DNA from: a virus
Length of the DNA stretch: 64,000 nt
Reading direction: 5' to 3' (one strand)
Virus record (IMG/VR): IMGVR_UViG_3300008963_000001
Span: 32,001-96,000 of that record
The position numbers were made by a program, and so were the translations under genes. A model generated the notes under the pieces. That model was not told the origin of the DNA. It was given only the letters and a program-made list of their open reading frames with translations, and made no database searches. This document shows positions 54,401 to 62,300 of the stretch, piece by piece (position 1 is the stretch's first letter; each line of letters opens with the position of its first letter).

Positions 54401-57017
54401 TTTGATTACATCAGGAACAGGTACAGGACAATATGGTTATGTACAGGCCTATAACGATATCACCAAAGTTGTCACAGTTTATCGTGAAAGCGATAATCAA
54501 CCAGGTTGGGATCACATAGTAAGTGGGACTCCGCCAGTGCTGTTAATGGATACTTCTACTCTTTATAAATTTGAAGCAAGGCCAGTAATAGCAGACCCTG
54601 GATTTACATCCGAATCGGTGGACTTAACAGTAAACACAAATTGGGGAGCAGTTGCATTTGGGCCTACTACAGAACAATTTACAAATGTAATTGCATCATT
54701 AGGTTCTGGCACAGTAGTTACAGATGACGGCCTCGAAAAGACAGGTGCGTCTTTCGATGTAGATAAAATTGGAACTGATTATTCTGTTAGTTTAAGAAAC
54801 GGTGGCGCTGGATATGCTGTCAATGATACTATTATTATTAGCGGATCCGATCTAGGCGGCATATCGCCCGACAATGACATCGAAATTATTGTATCCTCTG
54901 TAAGTGATGATAGCACAAATGCAATAGTAACTTTCTCGGCATCTGGTAATGGAACAACAGGACGTTTTGTTATTACGTCAAGCGTAGGAAATACAGTTGC
55001 ATATTCAAGTAACGGCGATGATTGGGAAATTTCGCTATTGCCATTTAACGGGAACTGGAGTATACTACAAAGCGGCGAAAATAAATTTTTAGCTCTTAGA
55101 CCCGATGAAGACCCAAATAATGTAGGAGCAGTAAGTTCAGATGGAATAAATTGGACGTCATTTTCATTACCTACAATAGAACTTTGGCGCGATATAGTTT
55201 ATGGAAATGGTATTTGGTTAGCGGTTGCATCATCAAATAATAGAGGAGCATTTAGTGTGGACGGCGGAGAAACTTGGTCATCTACAACATTACCTGAAGC
55301 TCCAGATAGTTCGTTGAATCAATGGGTTAGCGTAACTTATGGCAGAGGAAAATTTGTAGCTATATCTAATAGTAATAATGTTGCCGCTGTAGGCACATAC
55401 AATACCCAAACTGGAACATTCTCATGGGAACTAGAAATATTAGATGTTATATCAGACTCTTCGCAAAAAGACTGGATAAGTGTAGAATGGGGTAATAACA
55501 GATTTGTTGCACTGTCTAGCCAAGGAGATATTGCATACAGCTTTACAGGAGACCTTTGGCTTTCTGCTACAATGCCAACTCCCGATGGGTCTACGCAGAT
55601 GACATGGACGAATTTGTATTATGATCAAGGAATCTTCTTTGCAATCTGTAATACTGGAGGAAGAACTGTTGGGGGCGATGAAACAACAGGGCCCACGAAT
55701 TATTGTGCTACTTCCAAAGACGGTATAGTATGGACAAACAGGTTCATGGAAAGCGAAGCTAACTGGGTAGATTTAGCATACGGCGGTGTAGATATAACCG
55801 TAGGTGATTCTTCTATACAAAATAGAACTCCTACTTGGATAGTAATTACCGATGATCAAACCGCTTCTGCTGAAAAAGTGTTTACTGGCGCAAAAGCAGA
55901 GGCACGAGTAGAGGTATTAAGTGGAAGGCTGATAAAAGTTAACATATGGGACCCCGGAAGCGGATATAGATCCATGCCAGATATTGATTTTGTTGATCCT
56001 AACAACACCAGTGATGTTTTTGTAACACCAAGAATCGGCGACGGTGTCTTAGCACAGCCTTCATGGCTCGAAAGAGGGCAAGGATTCAGGACGTCGTCGA
56101 CTACGGTTACAATTACTGGTGACGGCGTAGCTGATGTTATTCCGATTAACAATCAATTATTTGTTGACGGTTTGACTACGTCACTTGGTCCGGGATCGCA
56201 ATTATTAATAGAGGGTTTGACTGAACCTAGAACTGTGGTTTTGATTACTGAACTACCGCCAAACGCAGACGGAACATTGAGAGCAAGAGTGCAAGTTGAT
56301 CCAGGATTTACCACAGAAATAAATCCAGAACATCTAGCACCTATTCGTGTGAGAGAAAGATATTCTGCCTGCAGAATTACAGGACACGATTTTCTTGATA
56401 TAGGAACAGGCAATTTTGTTGAAACAAATTATCCTGATATATATGCCTCCGGCGAATTCTTTGTGTTTGCGCCGGAAAACGAAGTTACAGAAACAGACGG
56501 CGGCAGGGTTTTTTATACTAGTACAGACCAAGACGGCAACTTTAGAGCTGGCGAGCTCTTCGCGGTTGAGCAGGCTACAGGTGTTGTAACAATCAGTGCT
56601 GAATTTTTTGATTTAGATGGTTTAAGTGAATTGCAATTAGGCGGCATTAGAGTTGGTGGTTCAGGTGTTGTAATTAGAGAATTTTCAACCGACCCACTCT
56701 TTACTGAAGATTCTAACAACGTTATCCCAACACAACGAGCAATTGCGGCATATTTGCAGAATCAATTAAGTGTCGGCGGTTCGGAACTTACCTTGAGTAA
56801 TTTTATTGCAGGAACAACGAGTGTCGGACCCGATAATATTAGATCTAGTGTAGGCAATTATGTTAGATTTCCTGAGCCTTTGAATTTCCAGGCTGATATT
56901 AATGAACTAGATGAAGAAGGAAATATAATCGAGGATCAAGGGCAGGTAAAAGGAACAATTCTAGCACATACATTATTCAAGGCCTCGTTTAACGACGATC
57001 CGGACAGACAAACATAA
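51411..57017 (+). CDS. Large fibre/tailspike-like protein with 7 CBM5/12-like repeats, a pectin-lyase-like beta-helix and a propeller-like C-terminal region (1868 aa)
   Basis: Repeats 'W.G.W.....Y...D.V...G..Y.C...H.S'. 'FYVTLDGIDD...G.S...PWRTV...GLYEEVLPIVVP...I.G.ELR' is typical of beta-helix N-caps. 'S.DG..W' (BNR-like) repeats near the C-terminus. Confidence 0.75.
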   Translation: MAEFKFSRLRYKWKGNWNTSIDYNRDDVIHYRGKSWICIRQHTSTDFAADVNFKFPGDTNTSPAWLLMAEGYEWRGDWTATTLYQPGNLVLFGGTIFLCVISHTGTVFEDDETNWTVYSQSDRYRGNWNDNTTYGLSDVVRNNGIVYRCISTHTSQATLEDDLNKWEVVYDGIVYRGVFEENTYYVTNDLVKFGPTIFRCITPHSSNASFADENFQIEFFGSTHADDWQLDVAYGIGDIVLHGGYLYIAVQNSAGEIPDSNEGITNPSWAVLSESQRYQGIWNVDTEYKAGDIVTRGGIVYKAKVNSFDDGSTQDYLADDYWEVVIPGNNWRNFWHTESQYFVGDIVSYEGNAYRCNFTHFSSNENYPGDNGNGFDFWNLILQGSDNTALSKEGDLLSFGLSRSRTGDTSTLGASPIPIGNPGEILTVSTNDDFEYKKIGQSERFFYVTLDGIDDDLDAERGISPFKPWRTVEFACEQANDNYPGLTTINIGPGLYEEVLPIVVPKRTAIKGTELRTTTITVNSPIEDLDITQFVRKHHLCIDRISDLMESLLVDRDVEKTETNPIDPVYSVQRNLTFDGTGNPVTDQEGNLIFETIDLASDSATTDDIVELLADIKTYVNFNGLGTGSNVVVDGSNSSVNTEVVNNAIININDNVNFLIQEAIAFVELTNIFSSQEISLLEQTIKRYLNAFTKDLRSPGNYHTVKAAKYQTNLLIGSAGTDMFYVRDSSGIRNLSLEGLRGDLNPSGVFELFQRPTGGSYVSLDPGWGPNHEDCWIMNRSCYVQNVTTFGYGAVGQKIDGALHNGGNKSIVSNDFTQVISDGIGAWVLNNGRAELVSVFTYYAQVGYLAEDGGVIRATNGNCSYGNFGAYATGFDATEVYSTGFVNNRAQDAIIDKAFAGEVNDEILALEYINAGIGYSQAQASFLGAGVNVDVEYDDFRDNAIFRYEITNPLDSGVPGGGGYTQNQNNAQTGDEFTITIASSDESLESELLGLRILITSGTGTGQYGYVQAYNDITKVVTVYRESDNQPGWDHIVSGTPPVLLMDTSTLYKFEARPVIADPGFTSESVDLTVNTNWGAVAFGPTTEQFTNVIASLGSGTVVTDDGLEKTGASFDVDKIGTDYSVSLRNGGAGYAVNDTIIISGSDLGGISPDNDIEIIVSSVSDDSTNAIVTFSASGNGTTGRFVITSSVGNTVAYSSNGDDWEISLLPFNGNWSILQSGENKFLALRPDEDPNNVGAVSSDGINWTSFSLPTIELWRDIVYGNGIWLAVASSNNRGAFSVDGGETWSSTTLPEAPDSSLNQWVSVTYGRGKFVAISNSNNVAAVGTYNTQTGTFSWELEILDVISDSSQKDWISVEWGNNRFVALSSQGDIAYSFTGDLWLSATMPTPDGSTQMTWTNLYYDQGIFFAICNTGGRTVGGDETTGPTNYCATSKDGIVWTNRFMESEANWVDLAYGGVDITVGDSSIQNRTPTWIVITDDQTASAEKVFTGAKAEARVEVLSGRLIKVNIWDPGSGYRSMPDIDFVDPNNTSDVFVTPRIGDGVLAQPSWLERGQGFRTSSTTVTITGDGVADVIPINNQLFVDGLTTSLGPGSQLLIEGLTEPRTVVLITELPPNADGTLRARVQVDPGFTTEINPEHLAPIRVRERYSACRITGHDFLDIGTGNFVETNYPDIYASGEFFVFAPENEVTETDGGRVFYTSTDQDGNFRAGELFAVEQATGVVTISAEFFDLDGLSELQLGGIRVGGSGVVIREFSTDPLFTEDSNNVIPTQRAIAAYLQNQLSVGGSELTLSNFIAGTTSVGPDNIRSSVGNYVRFPEPLNFQADINELDEEGNIIEDQGQVKGTILAHTLFKASFNDDPDRQT

Positions 57018-57021
57018 ACAG

Positions 57022-57028
57022 ATAAATA
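57022..57028 (+). promoter_or_regulatory. Late promoter-like motif
   Basis: ATAAATA upstream of the GGAG RBS and ATG 57050. Confidence 0.55.
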
Positions 57029-57049
57029 ACATAACGGAGTTAGTATACA

Positions 57050-59377
57050 ATGGCAGAATTTAGACTTGGTAGAATTAGGTTTGTTTGGAAAGATGCATGG
57101 CAACCAAACAAAGAATATTTTGTTGATGATGTAATTAGATATGGCGGCAAAGTTTACATATGCCAACAAGGACACACCAGCGACCAAGATTTTTACACAG
57201 ATTTAGATATTGTTCCATCGAAATGGAATTTATTAGCCGATGGTTCTGCCTGGAAAGGTTTATGGGATGTTGATACATTTTATAAATTAGGCGATATTGT
57301 AAAATATGGAACTACCCTTTATATTTGTAATACTCCCCATACTTCTAACTCTGATTCAAGTCTTAGTTTAGAAGCTGATCAAGAAAAATGGGACCTGTAT
57401 GCATCTGGTTTAGACTATAAAGGTGAGTGGACAACAGATTTCTTTTATAAGAAAAACGATCTAATAAGATACGGCGGAGTAACATATGTATGTAACACGA
57501 CACATACATCTGCATCGACAAATGTTTTAGGGCTAGAAGACGATCAAGAAAAGTGGGATATTTTTAACCAAGGGTTTGCATTTCTAGGAAATTGGGAAGA
57601 CTTAGAGATAAATTCCAGAGTCAAACAGAATGATGTAGTAAAATTCGGTGGAGGTTTATTTCTAGCAACAGCATCACATAATAAATCTTCTGATTTTTTA
57701 AACGATTCTGCTAATTGGGTAATCTTTGTAAATGGTATAGAATTCGAAAATGATTGGAATATTGCAAGACAATATAAACCGGGTGATATTGTAACATACG
57801 GTGGATATCAATATATTTCAAAAACAACCCACACAGGAGCCATTCCGTCTACTGATACAACAAATTGGGGTGTGTTTTCATATGGATTTAAATACGAAAA
57901 CGAATTTGAATTTTCTACTCCCTACAGAATAGGTAATGTAGTAAAACAAAGAGAATACACTTATCTTGTAACACAAGATGTAAATCCACAAAATGATGTA
58001 GTTAATACAACTTCAGCGTCAGATAACACTTTTCATGTTACTTCTACAACAAATTTAGAAGTAGGATTTGCAATCAAGTTTTTTGGAGCAACATTCGGAA
58101 GTGTATTTACAGCAGGTGATAGCGCATCAAGTGCAATTTACTACATCAAGTCTATTGAGGATAGCACCCGCATAACTATAACCGATGAGCCAGGAGGCAC
58201 AACTTTTACTCCTACAGACGGATCGGGTTCTATGGGTGTGTCGTTTAGTCCTATTCCACCTAACACAGATTACTTCGCCCCTCTCAGCAGTGGCATAAGT
58301 TGGCAGGGTGAATGGCAAGATGATTTTGAATATTTTGTCGGAGACGCTATCCGTTATAATAATAACGCATATCTGTGTGTCAAAAATCATAGATCCGAAG
58401 CTGATGACGGATCAACTATTAGGCAACAGGGCGGTGGTTTAACAGATAGCAGACCTGATAATGACACAGCAGGAATGTATTGGAACCTGCTGGTTTTAGG
58501 CAATGAAACTACAGTATTACAACAGACAGGCGATTTGGTTTACTTTAGCGGAGCCGGTCCTTCCAGACTGCCGATTGGGACAGAAGGGCAGGTCCTACGA
58601 GTAAGCTCCGACCTTACTCCAGAGTGGAGGACACTAGGACAAAGTATAAACGGGTATTATGTGGCAGAGCACGGAACTGATGGCACTGCTCCTGTGCATG
58701 GACTGTCAATTGATAAACCGTTTAGAACAATTCGACATGCAGCTGAACAGGTCGAAAATGGCATAAAAGTCCCTAATGCTAGAAAGCTTTTAGAAAGGAA
58801 CAGAGAGTTTATAAAACGCGAAGTAACAGAATATGTAATTTATGAAATTGCGCAAAATATTGAACCATTTGATAATTTTGATGGTTTTGATGATGCAATT
58901 TTTGAAAGAGATATGGGTTTTCTATTAGATGCTGTTATTTTTGATCTAACTCACGGCGGTAACGCACAAACTAGAGAAGAAACTTTTGAGACTATACAAG
59001 ACATAGGACGCTATAAAAGCAACGATCCTAAACGAAGCAAATCTACATTAACGGTTGTAGAGAGGGGAAGATTGTTTGAAAGTTCTATGAGACTGCAATA
59101 TATTGAAGCAATTGCATATCTAAACACATTAATAGGAAATGTTTTAGATCAAGTTGCGCCTGAAGTAAATTATCAAGTTTTAAACGGGGATAATAGTTCT
59201 GCTATTATCGAACAATATTTTGACCCTACTATTACAGTTGAATCGGATTACACAACGAATCCATTCTCCGGAGGAGGGTATGAAGGATCATCATATACAA
59301 CCAACACAACTAGCAATAATGATTCTTATTCATTCGGCGGCAGTAGCAATAACAATGGACAATACGGAGCATATTAA
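57050..59377 (+). CDS. N-terminal half of a paralog of 51411..57017 (775 aa; 7 CBM-like repeats)
   Basis: 'MAEFRLGRIRFVWK' versus 'MAEFKFSRLRYKWK'. The same repeat array, ending shortly after the 'YYVAEHG.D...KPFRTI' motif. Confidence 0.8.
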   Translation: MAEFRLGRIRFVWKDAWQPNKEYFVDDVIRYGGKVYICQQGHTSDQDFYTDLDIVPSKWNLLADGSAWKGLWDVDTFYKLGDIVKYGTTLYICNTPHTSNSDSSLSLEADQEKWDLYASGLDYKGEWTTDFFYKKNDLIRYGGVTYVCNTTHTSASTNVLGLEDDQEKWDIFNQGFAFLGNWEDLEINSRVKQNDVVKFGGGLFLATASHNKSSDFLNDSANWVIFVNGIEFENDWNIARQYKPGDIVTYGGYQYISKTTHTGAIPSTDTTNWGVFSYGFKYENEFEFSTPYRIGNVVKQREYTYLVTQDVNPQNDVVNTTSASDNTFHVTSTTNLEVGFAIKFFGATFGSVFTAGDSASSAIYYIKSIEDSTRITITDEPGGTTFTPTDGSGSMGVSFSPIPPNTDYFAPLSSGISWQGEWQDDFEYFVGDAIRYNNNAYLCVKNHRSEADDGSTIRQQGGGLTDSRPDNDTAGMYWNLLVLGNETTVLQQTGDLVYFSGAGPSRLPIGTEGQVLRVSSDLTPEWRTLGQSINGYYVAEHGTDGTAPVHGLSIDKPFRTIRHAAEQVENGIKVPNARKLLERNREFIKREVTEYVIYEIAQNIEPFDNFDGFDDAIFERDMGFLLDAVIFDLTHGGNAQTREETFETIQDIGRYKSNDPKRSKSTLTVVERGRLFESSMRLQYIEAIAYLNTLIGNVLDQVAPEVNYQVLNGDNSSAIIEQYFDPTITVESDYTTNPFSGGGYEGSSYTTNTTSNNDSYSFGGSSNNNGQYGAY

Positions 59378-62300
59378 ATGGCAACAGTAAAACAACAAAT
59401 TCAAAATTTGACAGATATATTTTCGGAGGCGATAGAAAACGATAATGTAGATACTGTTCCTGCAAGACAGGTAGAGGATGTCAGTATATTTGTTAAAACA
59501 GGAACTTATAGAGAAACTTTGCCTATTATTGTTCCAGAAAGCACAGTTATTTTAGGTGATGAACTTAGATCGTCAAATGCCGGGCCTAGCAGCGGTGTAA
59601 CGGACAGGTCTGATGCATTTTACAGCCAAAATTCTATGAATCATTTATCCAGCATTGTTAGAAGCATTGTGGTAGGGGATACAGTCACTCCTTCGGTGGG
59701 TAATACTGAAGTGCAAAGTCAAAAATTTCCTTTTGCAGATACTCCACAACAATCAGATCTTAAATTGTTAATCCAAACAATTCAAAATAATATAGATTTT
59801 AGAATTGGCACAACGAACATGGCAGAATATAATTTTCCTGTAGGGTATAATGATACCTTTTTGCCTACTTTTGGTAATGCACGTAAATTGTTGTCATACA
59901 ATAAAGAATTTTTGAAAGCAGAAGTTGTAGCTTATATAAAAAACAATTTTCCTAATATTTTATACAGCAAGACAAAATGCGCACAAGATGTAGGTTATAT
60001 TGTAGATGCTATTGTTTATGACATGACTTATGGCGGAAACACACAATCTATAATAGCAGGACTTGCGTATTATGACGGCAACTCCTCGAATTTAGCAATC
60101 GATTCAACAGAAAAATCAGCTACAATATCTGCATATAACTTTTTAAAATCTAGAATAGAAACTGTGATCACTGGGTTTTTCCTACCATCGCCTCAGCAGT
60201 CGGATGTAACCCAGTTTACAGATACTGCGGGTAATTCAACAAGTATAAATTATGCTAAAGATTTAGTTGATATAATCATTTCTATCTTGCAAAATGGCGT
60301 ATCTGCCGCTCCTAATGTAACTGTTGTGACTATTACAGGAGCCGACACTCTAAATACAAGTGTTGCACACGGTTTAGAAGTAGGTGATTCGTTTACACCG
60401 AGAGCAACTATAAACGGTCTTGTTAAAAACAAAAAACATTGGATTGTTGATGTTCCTACAGCCACTTCTTTCAAAGTAAGCGAGTCGTTTGGCGGATCGA
60501 TATTATCTCTAACAAACGGATCGAATTTGAATTTAATCGGTGATGTTATAGACTATCCTGTTACTACAAATGGAATCACGACAACTACAGCATTAATTAC
60601 AGCTGCAGAAACTTTAGATGCAGCTCAAGAGCAAATAATTAGAAATGTTATAGATGATCTTAACAAAGTTGCATACAATTTTGATTTTACTGTAGATGAC
60701 GTAAACCTAACCAACGATGATTTTCAAATTTATGTAGGAAAAGATGATTACGCCCACACATATGTAAGCGGAGGTACTGTTACCAAATCAAACGGAACAG
60801 TTTTAAATGTTTCCAACTTTGTTTATAATGAAGCTACAGGTTACGCTACAATTACTACGTCAGTAGATCATGAACTTGAAGCAGGCGACATAGTTGACAT
60901 ACAGGAAATTACTGTTGAAGTTACGTTGAACGGACAACCGATAACTTTTGAATTCCCTAGTCCTACGAGCATAGACGGTAGCCAAACAAAGGTGCTATAC
61001 AGACGTTCCAAATGTGAAAGAGATACAAGATTAATTCTTGAGGCAGTGATGTTTGACTTTATGTTAAATTCAAACTTTCAGAGTCTTAAATCAGGTTATG
61101 CATATCTAAGAGCAACTTCATCCGAAGTATACGGATTAGATCAAAAGCAAATAACAAGAGATGCTCTCGATAATGCAAGAACAGAAGCCTTAGCTAATGT
61201 CGGAGGAGATAGTACAGCCCAGTCTAGAATAACCCCGCTTATGGAACTAATAGATGCAATTATCTTTAGTGGATCCATAGAAGGCACAAATAATGCAACC
61301 GTATTGAGAAACAATGATTATGCAATTCATCAGTTGGAGATGAATAAAGATTTTATTGTGCAAGAATTAACTTCTTATATTCAAAGCGAATATTCGGACA
61401 CAGTTAATCTATTGCAAGACTCTACATCATACATTAGTATATCTGATACAAGTTGGTTAAACAGAGGAGCCAGTATAAGATTTACAGGCGATGTACGGAG
61501 CACCATTGAAAAAAACAAAATTTATTACGTGCAGAATATTATAGACGAATACAATTTTACAATTTCAGAAACACGTTATTCAAACATTCCTTTTGTGTTT
61601 GATGTAAATGACGATGAAATTCTTGATGCAGAACTTGCAACTAATTTTAGGGTAGAATTAGTATACAACACAGCTTCTTGTGAAAGAGATGTGTCTGCAT
61701 ATCTAGCGGCACTTAAATACGATCTAAAATACCCTGGAAATTATAAATCACTTTACGCAGCCAGATATTATGGTAATAGTGTTATTGGATCTTTAGAAGA
61801 AGACATGTATTATGTCAGAAACGGAACCGGTATTCGTAATCAAACATTGGAAGGCTTGAGTGGAGATGTCTTAGCTGTCAATGAATTCGGAACAAGTCGC
61901 GTTAGTGCAGGTGCATTCGTATCGCTAGATCCGGGCTGGGGGCCAGATGACGATAGAACTTGGGTTAAAACACGTTCTTGCTATGTGCAGGGCGTAACAA
62001 CATTCGGTTATGCGGCAGTCGGACAAAAGATTGACGGTGCCCTGCATAATGGTGGTAATGACAGTATTGTATCTAACGACTTTACGCAGGTAATATCTGA
62101 TGGCATAGGCGCATGGGTAACCAACAACGGTAGAGCTGAGCTTGTATCTGTGTTTACATACTATGCTAGAATAGGCTACCTGTCAGAAAATGGCGGACGG
62201 ATTCGCGGAACAAACGGTAACTGTTCTTATGGAACATTTGGCGCAGTAGCAGAAGGATTTGATGCAACAGAAACTCCAATTGAGGCAGTGGTAGATAATA

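Noticed and set aside
43292-59377. Genome-wide stop-codon reassignment explaining the in-frame TAAs
   Set aside because: TAA, TAG and TGA all terminate well-delimited genes, and very long ORFs are intact under the standard code.
53750-62180. DGR template/variable repeat pair between the two beta-helix cores
   Set aside because: Differences are mainly synonymous third positions rather than adenine-specific. Both copies are coding and internal, and no reverse transcriptase is in the window.
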